Positions 16,836 through 27,908 of a DNA stretch of 28,707 bases are shown piece by piece; within the stretch, counting starts at the first letter, position 1; each line of letters opens with the position of its first letter. The translations under genes were made by a program, and so were the position numbers. The notes below the pieces were generated by a model, which saw only the letters and a program-made list of their open reading frames with translations, had not been told where the DNA came from and did no database searches. The stretch comes from Armatimonadota bacterium. Lineage in GTDB: Bacteria > Armatimonadota > UBA10988. The stretch is taken from NCBI GenBank assembly GCA_016235455.1, contig JACRKZ010000097.1, positions 1 to 28,707 of the forward strand, written 5' to 3'.

Positions 16836-19800
16836 TCGGTCGGTTGCTCGTCCGGCGCATCGTGCCGGTGGCGGAAGAACACGCTACGCAGCCAGACGCA
16901 GACTCGGCTCTGGAAGACGCCGTCGAGCGCGACGTAGATGACCGGCGCGGCGATGAGCGTGAGCGCCAGCGACAGCACCTGGCCGCCGACGATGACGCTC
17001 GAGGTGGTGCGGCTGGTGGCCGAGCCCGTGCCGCGCGCCAGGACCAGCGGGAACATGCCGGCCACGAAAGCCAGCGTGGTCATAAGGATCGGGCGTAGCC
17101 GGTCGCGCGAGGCTTGCACCACGGCGGTGATGATGTCCAGACCCGCCTCGCGCAACTGGTTAGCGCGGTCGATCTGCAGGATGGCGTTCTTCTTGACCAC
17201 GCCCAGCAGCACCAACAGGCCCAGCAGCGAGTAGGTGTTGAGCGAGTCGCCGGTGATCCACACCGAGAACACGGCGAACGGCAAGGTCAGCGGCAGCGTG
17301 AACATGATCACCAGCGCATGAATGAACGACTCGAACTGCGCGGCGATGACCAGGTACATGAACACGAACGAGAGCGCCGCGGCCATGCCGAAGTTCTTGA
17401 ACATGCGCGTCATTTCGCGCGTGCGGCCGAGCTTCTCGATGCTGTAGCCTGGCCCCTTGGTCAGATCGGTGAGGATGTCGATGACTTGCTTGGCGATGTC
17501 GTTCTCGGACACGCCCTTGATCGGGTTGACGCGCATGGTGAACTGGCGCTGTCGGCCGAGCCGGTCGATGTTGGCGGGCGCGGTCGACTGCACGAGCCGG
17601 GCCACCTGGTCGACGGTCACCGAGGAGCGCTGGCCGTCGTAGGTGGTGGGCACGCTGAGCAGGGCCAGGTTGGCGGCGTCGCGGCGGTAGCGCTCGTGGA
17701 GCCGCATATGCACCTCGTAGCCCTCGCCGCCTTCATCGAAGGAGGTGATCTTGTCGTCGCCGGCCACGGCCAGGCGCAACGCCTGGGCCACGTCCTGCAC
17801 GTCCGCGCCCACCGCCGCGGCGCGGTTGCGGTCCATGTAGGCCCGCAGCTCGGGCTTGCCGGCAATGAGTGAGGACTCGGCGTCAGCCACGCCGGGGATC
17901 CGGCGCACACGGCGCAACGCCTCCTCCGAGACGCGCGTCAGATCGCCGATGTCCTGCCCCTTGACGGCGACCTGCACCGAGGCGGTGGACCCGGAGCCGA
18001 ACGAACTGGCCTTCTGCACGCTCAGCCGCAGTCCGCGGCCGGCGAGCTTGGGCAGGATCGTCTTGCGGGCCAGCGCCATGTTGGTGTACTGGGTGACCTT
18101 GCGGTCGCGCCGTTCCTCCACCTCGTTCATGCGGATGTAGACCAGGCCCAGGTTGGCGGTGCGCTGGGCATCGTCACCGGCGGTGAGCACCACCAGCTTG
18201 ACTTCCGGCAGCTTGCGGGCCTCGGCGGCGACGATGTTCAGGTAGTCCAGCGTGCCGTCGAGGCTGGTGCCTTCCGGCGCGCGCACGGACACCTGGAACT
18301 GCGACTCGTCGTCGTCCGGCATGTAGTTGGCCGGGGTCATCTTGATCAGTGGCACGGCCGAGAACAGGACGGCCACGCAGCAGATCACCACGGCCGGCCA
18401 GACGCGGATGCAGCGGTGCAGCAGTTCGGCGTAGGCATGTTCCACCCACCCGAACCAGCCGGCCTTGGTGCCGCCGGCGCCGTGGCCATGCTCGCCCGCG
18501 GCGACCTGCCCCTTGCGTAGCGTGAGCCAGCGCGCGCAGAGCATGGGCGTGGTGCTGAACGAGACCAGCATGGAGACCACGATGGCGCCGGCCATGGTGA
18601 TGCCGAAGCTGTTCAACATGCGGCCCTGAGTGCCGCTCATGAAAGCCACGGGCAGGAACACCGCAACCAGCGACAGCGTGATGGCCACCACGGCCAGGCC
18701 GATCTCCTTGGTGGCGCGGATGGCCGCCTCGTGTGGTGGCAGGCCTTCCTCCTCCATGACGCGGAAAATGTTCTCCAGCACGACGATGGCGTCGTCGATG
18801 ACGATGCCCACCGACAGGGTCAAGGCCAGCAGCGTGACGCTGTTCTGCGTGAAATCGAGCGCCTTCATCAGGCCGAAGGTGGCGATGATGCTGGTCGGGA
18901 TGGCCAGCGCGGCGATGAGCGTGGATCGCCAGTTGCCCAGGAACACGAGCACCACCAACGCGGCCAGCAACGCGCCGAGTATGAGGTGCTCGCGCACGGC
19001 GCTCAGTGAGCGCTCGATGTAGGCCGACTGGTCGCGCACCACCGTCACGGTGTAGCCCGCCGGCAGCGTTTTGCGCAGTTGCTCGATGCGCTGCTTCACG
19101 CCACGGATGACCTCGATGGCGTTGGCGTCGGACTGCTTGACGATCTGGATGAGCACCGTCTCGCGGCCATCGACCGTGGCGACGGACATGGCGCGGGCCT
19201 CGGCGTCCTCCACCTTGGCCACATCGCGCATGAAGACCTGCGTGGCGCCCAGGTTGCGCAGCAGCAACCCCTCGAAGTCGGACACCTGGTCGACGCGGCC
19301 CAGCGTGCGCAGCGGCATCTGGCTGTGTCCCTGCTCGACGATGCCGCCCGGCACCTGCGCGTTCTGGCGCGACAGGGCGCTGCTCACGTCGGCCGGAGTC
19401 AGGCCGTAGGCACGCAGGCGGTAAGGGTCGACGACGACATTGACCTGGCGTTGGCGGCCACCGACGATCTGCGCCTCACCGACGCCGTTGACCGACTCCA
19501 CGCGTCGGCGGATGACCTTGTCGACGTACTCGTAGGTCTCGCGCACCGAGCCCGACGAACTGAAGGCGAACGACACCACCGGCAGCGCGCCCAGGTCCAT
19601 CTTGGCCACGACGGGGTCGAGCGCGTCCGGCGGCAGGTCGCGCTTGGCCATGGCCACCTTGGCGCGCACCTCCTCCGCGGCGACGTCGATGTCCTTCTTC
19701 ATGTCGAACTGCAGGCTGACCGACGACGTACCCTCGGCGCTGGTCGAGGTGAGCACCTCGATGCCGCCGATGCTGTTGACCTGACGTTCGATGACGTCGG

Positions 19801-19993
19801 TGATGTCGGTCTCGACCTCGTCGGGCGATGCGCCCGGCAGGCGCGTGGTCACCGAGACCCGCGGAAAGTCGATCTTGGGGTAGCGATCGACGCCCAGACC
19901 GGAGTAGGAGACGAGGCCCACCACGATCAGGGTCAGCGACAACACCGTGGCGAAGACGGGCCGCTCCACGCAGACGCGCGCTAAGGTATGCAC
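16832..19993 (-). CDS. RND efflux transporter permease (AcrB/AcrD/AcrF family)
   Basis: GTG 19993 with GGAG; ERPVFATVL, PGASPDEVET, GIVIDDAIVVLEN, SLVAVFLP, AAQFES, GVVKKNAIL and RLRPILMTT. Confidence 0.95.
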   Translation of the reverse strand: MHTLARVCVERPVFATVLSLTLIVVGLVSYSGLGVDRYPKIDFPRVSVTTRLPGASPDEVETDITDVIERQVNSIGGIEVLTSTSAEGTSSVSLQFDMKKDIDVAAEEVRAKVAMAKRDLPPDALDPVVAKMDLGALPVVSFAFSSSGSVRETYEYVDKVIRRRVESVNGVGEAQIVGGRQRQVNVVVDPYRLRAYGLTPADVSSALSRQNAQVPGGIVEQGHSQMPLRTLGRVDQVSDFEGLLLRNLGATQVFMRDVAKVEDAEARAMSVATVDGRETVLIQIVKQSDANAIEVIRGVKQRIEQLRKTLPAGYTVTVVRDQSAYIERSLSAVREHLILGALLAALVVLVFLGNWRSTLIAALAIPTSIIATFGLMKALDFTQNSVTLLALTLSVGIVIDDAIVVLENIFRVMEEEGLPPHEAAIRATKEIGLAVVAITLSLVAVFLPVAFMSGTQGRMLNSFGITMAGAIVVSMLVSFSTTPMLCARWLTLRKGQVAAGEHGHGAGGTKAGWFGWVEHAYAELLHRCIRVWPAVVICCVAVLFSAVPLIKMTPANYMPDDDESQFQVSVRAPEGTSLDGTLDYLNIVAAEARKLPEVKLVVLTAGDDAQRTANLGLVYIRMNEVEERRDRKVTQYTNMALARKTILPKLAGRGLRLSVQKASSFGSGSTASVQVAVKGQDIGDLTRVSEEALRRVRRIPGVADAESSLIAGKPELRAYMDRNRAAAVGADVQDVAQALRLAVAGDDKITSFDEGGEGYEVHMRLHERYRRDAANLALLSVPTTYDGQRSSVTVDQVARLVQSTAPANIDRLGRQRQFTMRVNPIKGVSENDIAKQVIDILTDLTKGPGYSIEKLGRTREMTRMFKNFGMAAALSFVFMYLVIAAQFESFIHALVIMFTLPLTLPFAVFSVWITGDSLNTYSLLGLLVLLGVVKKNAILQIDRANQLREAGLDIITAVVQASRDRLRPILMTTLAFVAGMFPLVLARGTGSATSRTTSSVIVGGQVLSLALTLIAAPVIYVALDGVFQSRVCVWLRSVFFRHRHDAPDEQPTE

Positions 19994-20073
19994 TCTCGAC
20001 TCCCCGCTCGGTGGCGGTCGTTGGCCGCTTGGCCACCTGCGCGGGATGTCCTTCAAGGGTCCTGCGCGATACG

Positions 20074-20769
20074 TCAGCCGGCCGCCTCACGGGCCTCGCG
20101 CGCCGCTCGCAGGGCATCGCCCTGGTGCCGCACGATCTCGCCCTCGACCATGTAGAGTACATCCTTGGCGATGCTTTTGGCCTGATCGGCGAGTCGTTCG
20201 GTGAAGCGTTCCACCACCAGCCAGTCCACCAACTGGTCGGTGTCGCCGGGGTTGGCGCGCAGCGCCTGCTTGATGGCCACCTGCGCGCCGACGTGGATGG
20301 CGTCGACCGCGTCGTCGGCCAGCCATACCTCGCGCGCCAGGTTGGTGTCGCGCTCGATCAGCGCGCTCAGCGCCTGCTTGACCATCCACATGGTGCGTGA
20401 GGCCATGTCGTCATACTCGAACACCGGCGCGATGGCCGGCCGCTCGGCCAGGCTGATTGCGCGTTTGGCGATGTTGGCCGCCAGGTCGCCCATGCGCTCG
20501 AGTTCGTCGGTCATCTTCAGCGCGGCCACCACGAAGCGCAGGTCGTTGGCCACCGGTTGGTACAGTGCGAGCGCCTTGAGGCACTCCTCCTCGGTCTGCA
20601 CTTCCAGCCGGTCGATCTCGCGGTCGCCCTCGATGACCAGGCGCGCCAGGTCGATGTCGCGCCGACGCACGGCCAGCATGGCCTTCTGCACGTTCTCTTC
20701 CACCGCCGCGCCGACCACCAGTAGCGACCGCTTGAGCAGGTCTATCTCGCGTTCAAAGTGCCTGGGCAT
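20074..20769 (-). CDS. phoU: Phosphate signalling/uptake regulator PhoU
   Basis: DREIDRLE, QPVANDLR, ELERMGDLAANIAK and ERLADQAKSIA; follows pstB. Confidence 0.95.
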   Translation of the reverse strand: MPRHFEREIDLLKRSLLVVGAAVEENVQKAMLAVRRRDIDLARLVIEGDREIDRLEVQTEEECLKALALYQPVANDLRFVVAALKMTDELERMGDLAANIAKRAISLAERPAIAPVFEYDDMASRTMWMVKQALSALIERDTNLAREVWLADDAVDAIHVGAQVAIKQALRANPGDTDQLVDWLVVERFTERLADQAKSIAKDVLYMVEGEIVRHQGDALRAAREAREAAG

Positions 20770-20777
20770 GATGGCTC

Positions 20778-21604
<827 letters not shown>

Positions 21605-21611
<7 letters not shown>

Positions 21612-22483
21612 TTCAGCTTGCTCCCCGCGCGCTGGCGGATGATCACCGCCGCGGCGTTCATGGTCAGCAACAGCGCCAGCAGCACGATGATGCCGGCCGC
21701 GGCGACGTTCTGGAACTTGGGGTCGGGCAGACCGGCCCAGGTGAAGATCTGGATGGGCAGCGCCGTGAACGAGTCGGTCAGCTTGCGCGGGCAGAAGGGC
21801 ACATAGGCCGAGGCGCCGATGACGATCAGCGGCGCCGCTTCGCCGATGGCGCGCGACAGCGCCAGGATGACGCTGGTCAGCACGCCCGGCAGCGCCGCGG
21901 GCAACACATGGTGCCAGACCGTCTGCCAACGCGTGGCGCCCACCGCCAACGCCGCTTGCCGAAGCGAGCTCGGCACGGCCCGGATAGCTTCGCGCGAAGC
22001 GATGATGATCACCGGCAGCACCAGGATGCCCAGCGTCAGCGCGCCCGACACCAGGCTGCGCTGCAGGTGCAACAGCCGTACGAACAGCGCCAGACCCAGC
22101 AGACCGTAGATGATGGCCGGCACGCCGGCCAGGTTGGCGATGTTGACCTCGATGATGCGGGTCAGTCGGTTGCGCGGCGCGAACTCCTCCAGGTAGATAG
22201 CCGCGGCCACGCCCACCGGCACGGCGAACAGCGCGGTGATGACGATGGTGTAGATCGAGCCCACCAACGCCGGCAGCACACCCGCCTTCTCCGGCACGCG
22301 CGAGGCCACGCGGGTCAGGAACTCGGGCCGCAGCCAACTGGCGCCCTGGCGCAGCACCTGCACCAGCAGCAGCAGCAGCATGACGATGCCGAAGCAGGTC
22401 ATGGCGCCCAGCAGCCAGGAGAACAGGCGGCCCTTGGTGTGTCGTCCGCGCAGATGACTGTCGGCCGCGGCCAGCGTGGTCAT
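21605..22483 (-). CDS. pstA: Phosphate ABC transporter permease PstA
   Basis: [43 protein letters not shown] and FTALPIQIF. Confidence 0.95.
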
Positions 22484-23410
22484 TCGTATTCCTCGCGGAA
22501 ACGCCGGAAGATGGCATCCGCCACCATGTTCATGCCCAGTGTGATGAGAAACAGCAGCAGGCCGACGGCGAACAGCGTCTGGTACTCGGTCGTGCCCGCC
22601 GGGATATCGCCCTGGCTGATTTGCACGATGAAGCCGGTCATGGTCTGGATGCTCTTGAGGGGATTGGCCGTGATCTGGGCCAGGTTGCCCGCCGCCAGCG
22701 ATACCGCCATGGTCTCGCCCACCGCGCGCGACACCGCCAGCACCACCGCCGCCAGCACGCCCGACAGCGCCGCGGGCAACAGCACCTGCCAGCAGACCTC
22801 CTGCTTGGTGGCGCCCAGCGCGTAGGCGCCCTCACGCAGCGAGCGCGGCACGGCGCGGAAGGCATCGTCGCACAGGCTGGCCACCAGCGGCAGCACCATC
22901 ACGCCCACCACGATGCTCGCGCTGAGCGAGTTGAACACCTCGGTCGAGGGGATGATGCGGCGGATGAACGGCGTGATGGCGGTCACCGCGAAGTAGCCGA
23001 AGACGACGCTGGGGATGCCGGCCAGCACTTCCAGCACCGGCTTAACCACCGCGCGGCCACGGTCACTGGCATACTCGGAGAGCCACAGCGCCGTGCCCAG
23101 GCCGATGGGCACCGCCAACAGGCAGGAGCCCAGCACGATGTGCAGCGTGCCCACCACCAGCGGCAGCACCCCGAACTTGGCGGGCGAAGGTGGGCGCCCA
23201 CTCGCGCCCGAAAAGGAACTCGGCCACGTAGACATGGGCGAAGAACCGCGCCGCCTCCTCGACCAGCACCGCCGCGATGCCGACGGTGATGACGACGGAG
23301 AGGAGAGCCGCCGCGGCCAGACCCCAGCGGATCCCCTCTTCGCCCAGGAACCGACCGCGCCGCCGCCGCAGATCGGCCGTTACCGGCTGAACTTGTGTGA
23401 GCGTGGCCAC
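22480..23410 (-). pseudogene. pstC: Phosphate ABC transporter permease PstC, interrupted by a frameshift near 23185 (true lesion or sequence error)
   Basis: The N-terminal part (GTG 23410 ... EFLFGREWAPTF) and the C-terminal part (PAKFGVLPLVVGT ... LAGIPSVVFG ... SRAVGETMAV) are in different frames. The junction reads TTC-G-CCC-GCC-AAG. Confidence 0.85.
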
Positions 23411-23430
23411 GGTCGGTTCCTCTCGCAGTC

Positions 23431-24516
23431 CTATTTCTTGGCTTCGCCCGGAGCGCCGGCGGGAGCCGCGGCTCCGCCTTCCTTGGCCAGCACGTCTTCG
23501 AGCTTCACGCCCTTGACGCCCATGAACACGCTACCGGTCTTCTTGGCCTCGGCGCGCTGCCGAACGATGGCGATGGTCGCGTCGGGCAGCGGCACGTAGC
23601 CGACCTTGGGGATGATGGTCGCCGCGTTGTCCAGGTAGAACTTGACAAACGCCGCCACCTCGGGCCGCTCAATCGCCGACTTGGCGATGTAGATGAACAG
23701 CGGCCGGCTCAGCGGCTTGTAGCTGGCGTCGCGGATGGTCTCCGCGCTCGGCGTCACCGTCTTGCCGTCGGCTTCCACCGGTACGAGCTTCAGCTTGTCC
23801 TTGTTCTGCTCGTAGTAGGCGTAGCCGAAGTAGCCCAGGGCACCCTTGTCGCCCTCGACGCCCTTGACCAGCACGTTGTCGTCTTCGCTCGGGGTGTAGT
23901 CGCTGCGGCTGGCCTTGGCCTTGCCCACGATTGCCTCGGTGAAGTACTCGAACGTGCCCGAGTCGGTGCCAGGACCGTACAGCTTGATCGGGTCGGCCGG
24001 GAAGCTGCCACGCACGTCCTTCCAGGTCTTGACCTTGCTGTCCGGCTCCCACATCTTCTTGAGCTCGGCCACGGTCAGCTTGTCGACGTAGCTGTTGTCC
24101 TTGTTGATGACGATGGCGATGCCATCAAAGGCGATCGGCAGCTCGACAAACTCGATCTTCTTCTCGGCCGCGCCGGCGGCTTCCTTGTCCTTGATGGCGC
24201 GCGAGGCATCGCAGATATCGATCTCGGCCGCGGTGAACTTCTTCATGCCGCCGCCGGTGCCGGACGTGCCCACGGCCACCTTCACACCGGGGTTGGCCTT
24301 GCCAAACTCCTCGGCCACCGCCTGGCTGATGGGGAAGACCGTCGACGAACCGTCGATCTTGATCTCGCCCTTCAGGTCGCTGACGGGCGCCTTCGGCGCG
24401 CCGGGTGCGGTGGGCGCCGCCGGCTCCTCCACTGGCTTCGGGGCACAACCGCCCAGCACAGCCACACCGACCAACAACGAGGTCAGTCCGAAACGCTTAA
24501 CGAGCGCCGACTTCAT
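23431..24516 (-). CDS. pstS: Phosphate ABC transporter substrate-binding lipoprotein
   Basis: AAGGAG RBS; lipobox VLGGC; IDGSSTVFPI, GTGGGMKKF, DSGTFEYF, SEDDNVLV and YKPLSRPLFIY. Confidence 0.95.
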   Translation of the reverse strand: MKSALVKRFGLTSLLVGVAVLGGCAPKPVEEPAAPTAPGAPKAPVSDLKGEIKIDGSSTVFPISQAVAEEFGKANPGVKVAVGTSGTGGGMKKFTAAEIDICDASRAIKDKEAAGAAEKKIEFVELPIAFDGIAIVINKDNSYVDKLTVAELKKMWEPDSKVKTWKDVRGSFPADPIKLYGPGTDSGTFEYFTEAIVGKAKASRSDYTPSEDDNVLVKGVEGDKGALGYFGYAYYEQNKDKLKLVPVEADGKTVTPSAETIRDASYKPLSRPLFIYIAKSAIERPEVAAFVKFYLDNAATIIPKVGYVPLPDATIAIVRQRAEAKKTGSVFMGVKGVKLEDVLAKEGGAAAPAGAPGEAKK

Positions 24517-24560
24517 GGCGCGTCTCCTTTCCCTTGGGTCCAAGTTCAGGATCCGCCGGA

Positions 24561-24580
24561 AGTGTTAGCGCCGCGTTAGT
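24561..24580 (-). promoter_or_regulatory. Candidate PHO box (CTAAC direct repeat, 11-bp period)
   Basis: Minus strand reads aCTAACgcggcgCTAACact about 50 nt upstream of pstS; 11-bp spacing is typical of PhoB/PhoP-family sites. Confidence 0.55.
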
Positions 24581-24608
24581 GCACCGACAGAGTTGCGCGA
24601 GTTCGCTT

Positions 24609-26633
24609 CTAGGGCAGGTTCAGGCGCCGTTTGGTGGCCGTCGCGTTGACCTCTCGAACCCGATTCACCAGATCCCACTTGGGTCGGTCGCAGCCATCGA
24701 CCATGCCGAACGCGTAGTGTTCGTTGTAGGTTAGTTCGCTGCCACGGCCCGGCCCGCGACCGGTCAGCGGCTGGTCGCGGTACATGAACCAGCACACGCC
24801 CACGCACCACGGATTGGCGATGGCGGCATCCACCCACTTGCCATACAGCTCGCCCGCCTGGGCATCGCTGTCGGCCCACACCGGATACCGCCCGAACCCG
24901 CGCTGGCCGTCGTAGAACGGCGGATAGGCGAACTCGCCGCAGAAGATGGGCTTGTCGCTCTCGCGGATCAGCCGGTCCATCAGCGCATCGGTGAAGGCCA
25001 TGGCATAGCGGTCATAGCTGATGACGTCGCACCAGCGCGCGATCAGCCGCCAATCCTCCTCGTTCTCCCACCAGCCGGGCACGATGTAGTTGCCCAGCCG
25101 CAGGTGGTTCGGATCGGCCTCGCCCAACGCCTCGTAGACGAAGCGGTAGTAGGCATCGGCGTAGAACCGCCGCACCGCTTCCAGGTCGGCCTTGGGCACG
25201 GCCTCGGCCCAGGCCGCGCGCTGCCGGGCCGCGTCGCCGCCATAGATCGTCGCGACCGCATGGGCCACCATGGCCTTGGCCGCGGGCGAGTCGGCGTGCT
25301 TCGTCAGGATCTCGGTGATCTCGGCGGCCTGGATGATCTCCTCGATCTCGCTGCCCATGGTCCAGCCGACCACCGAGGGATCGTCGCGCCGCGGGCCGAC
25401 CTGCCGGGCGATGCAGGCGCGGAAGGCCTCGCGCGCCGCGGGGTCGAACACGTCGGGCCGCTTGACCAGCTCGGGCACGCCCCAGTGGTTGAGCACCGGC
25501 GTCTCGGCCAGGCCGTCCTGGTGACCCCACTTGGCCGCGCCGGAAAAGCCCCACGACTTGGCCCGCCGCACCGCGCGGCGGCCGGACTCGGCCTGCCAGT
25601 CGGCGCCGTAGGCGCGGATCTGGTTGGCCGCGTGGAAGCACACATACTCCGTGCCGTCGGTCGTGCCCCACTGGTCCTTGGACCAGGCCGCCGCCAACGG
25701 TCCTTCGCGCGGCGGCAACCAGGCGAACAGCCACTCGCGATCGGTCACCGGCGTGGTCTCCCAGGTCAGTGTCGGCACGCCGCACAGCCCCAGGTAGAAG
25801 CAGGGATGGCCCTCGGGCGAGATGAGCCAGTAGCGGCCGTCGCGGCGGGCCGTGCGGTAGAAGCCCGTGGCCTTCTCGTCAAACGGCGCGTCCAGCCAGC
25901 CGCCCCAACGGTCGAAGCCGTCCGGCGGCGGCGCCAGCCGCGCCGGCTCCTCGGCCGTCTCGCGCCGCAATTGCGCCTCGTCGCGCACCTTGCCGGGCCA
26001 GTCGGCATAGCGATTCTGGCCAAACTCATCGATCAGCGGCGCCAGCGCCCGCGGGTCGGGCCGCTTGACCAGCCGGAAGCCCAGCTCGACGGTGACCTGC
26101 GCCTCGGCCGCCGCCGCGAACTCGAAGCTCTGCGCGGGCGCGCTGCCGAACAGCTCCAGCGCCGGATGCGCCCGGCCCGCCGCCAGGTCACGCGCCAGCG
26201 TCTGTCCGCCGGCGGTGACCGTCACACTGCTCTGCCGGATGAAGTACTCGGCCGGGCCGTTGGCCCAGGGCGGCACCTCGGCCGCGGTCAGCCGGCCGGC
26301 ACTGGGCACCCAGCCGCCGTCCAGCCTGCCCACCGAGCGGCCATCGAGCCACAGCTCGCCGCGATGCGCGTCGAACACCGCCTTGGCCTGGTAGTCGTGG
26401 TCGTACTCCCATGGCCCGGCGGTGGAGATGAACCGCCATTCCCGGCCGTCGGCCAGACCGAGGATGAAGCGCAGGTCGGCCAGGCGACACGGCGCGCCGT
26501 CTTTCGGCGTGCACTCGAAGTCGACATAGAAGCCCGTATTCTCGCCCCAGTTGTACTGGCCGGCGGCGTAGTGGCGGGTGTCCTGGGCGAGTGCGCCGGT
26601 CGCGGCCAGGCACAGGATGAGGATGGTTCGCAT
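24609..26633 (-). CDS. Secreted GH50-like (beta-agarase-like) glycoside hydrolase with an N-terminal beta-sandwich-like domain
   Basis: AGGAG RBS, ATG 26633, signal peptide; GFYRTARRDGRYWLISPEGHP, SWGF, PDVFDP, DPNHLRLG, KPIFCGEF and CVGVCWFMYRDQPLTGR. Confidence 0.78.
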   Translation of the reverse strand: MRTILILCLAATGALAQDTRHYAAGQYNWGENTGFYVDFECTPKDGAPCRLADLRFILGLADGREWRFISTAGPWEYDHDYQAKAVFDAHRGELWLDGRSVGRLDGGWVPSAGRLTAAEVPPWANGPAEYFIRQSSVTVTAGGQTLARDLAAGRAHPALELFGSAPAQSFEFAAAAEAQVTVELGFRLVKRPDPRALAPLIDEFGQNRYADWPGKVRDEAQLRRETAEEPARLAPPPDGFDRWGGWLDAPFDEKATGFYRTARRDGRYWLISPEGHPCFYLGLCGVPTLTWETTPVTDREWLFAWLPPREGPLAAAWSKDQWGTTDGTEYVCFHAANQIRAYGADWQAESGRRAVRRAKSWGFSGAAKWGHQDGLAETPVLNHWGVPELVKRPDVFDPAAREAFRACIARQVGPRRDDPSVVGWTMGSEIEEIIQAAEITEILTKHADSPAAKAMVAHAVATIYGGDAARQRAAWAEAVPKADLEAVRRFYADAYYRFVYEALGEADPNHLRLGNYIVPGWWENEEDWRLIARWCDVISYDRYAMAFTDALMDRLIRESDKPIFCGEFAYPPFYDGQRGFGRYPVWADSDAQAGELYGKWVDAAIANPWCVGVCWFMYRDQPLTGRGPGRGSELTYNEHYAFGMVDGCDRPKWDLVNRVREVNATATKRRLNLP

Positions 26634-26723
26634 CGCGCGGCTCCTGGCGCAGAGTTCGCCGCAGCCGCGGCATTGCCTTGCACTGCCTGGCGACGGCATC
26701 GCTCGATGCGCATGGCGCCGGCC

Positions 26724-26771
26724 CAAACAAAGAGCCGCGAGGGCCTCGGCACTGCCTTGGCCCTCGCGGCT
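26724..26771 (-). terminator. Intrinsic terminator after the left pilin-like gene
   Basis: 13-bp perfect stem AGCCGCGAGGGCC/GGCCCTCGCGGCT (26733-26771) followed on the minus strand by CTTTGTTTG, 20 nt after the stop. Confidence 0.8.
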
Positions 26772-26791
26772 GGGTCCGCAGAGTCTGGCGA

Positions 26792-27388
<597 letters not shown>

Positions 27389-27451
27389 GATGGAACCTCC
27401 TTCGGGCTATCGCCCTGCTCTTGGGAACATGAGATACATGACCCGCCCGTT

Positions 27452-27480
27452 AGTATCGCGCACAGATGCCCGCCGCGCAA
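27452..27480 (-). promoter_or_regulatory. Sigma70-type promoter for the left pilin-like gene
   Basis: TTGCGC-N17-GATACT on the minus strand. Confidence 0.6.
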
Positions 27481-27806
27481 GCGCGCGATGACACAGAACA
27501 GGTCACTCGGCGGCTGTCGGGCGCACCGCCAGCCCGGGACGCAGCGCCATACCGGACAGCGGAATCCATCTACCGCCTATGGGTGGGAACTACGCTTCGC
27601 ACTTAGGCGACTGCACGAACTCACCATGCTCGTCTACATTCCGGCCAAGTTCGTCAGCAACCAGAACCCCGCCGACGGTCCGCGCTCCTGTCCAACCTCG
27701 TTCGCGCAGAGCCATGGCGCTGATGAAGCGCCTACGGCTCGGCCACCGGCACCCGAGGAGGTCCTCCTCTGCATGTTACTTAGAGTTACCTTAGAAAGCA
27801 AGACAC

Positions 27807-27835
27807 TTGCATGGAGGCTGGACAGACGCGATACT
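27807..27835 (+). promoter_or_regulatory. Sigma70-type promoter for the right pilin-like gene
   Basis: TTGCAT-N17-GATACT; shares CGCGATACTAA with the opposite promoter. Confidence 0.6.
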
Positions 27836-27908
27836 AAAGACTGAATGCGGCACCTTGCTCGCCGACTGGATCCGCGAGCGGGGCCTTCGTCCCGAGGGAG
27901 AAATCTTC

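Noticed and set aside
21612-22517. Apparent 579-aa PstB with a long N-terminus
   Set aside because: The extension is an alternate frame of pstA; PstB starts at 21611.
23186-23220. Programmed +1 frameshift at CTT-TTC in pstC
   Set aside because: Slipping there would remove the conserved W-x-P that follows in the original frame, and there is no adjacent stop as in prfB. An indel near 23185 explains the data better.
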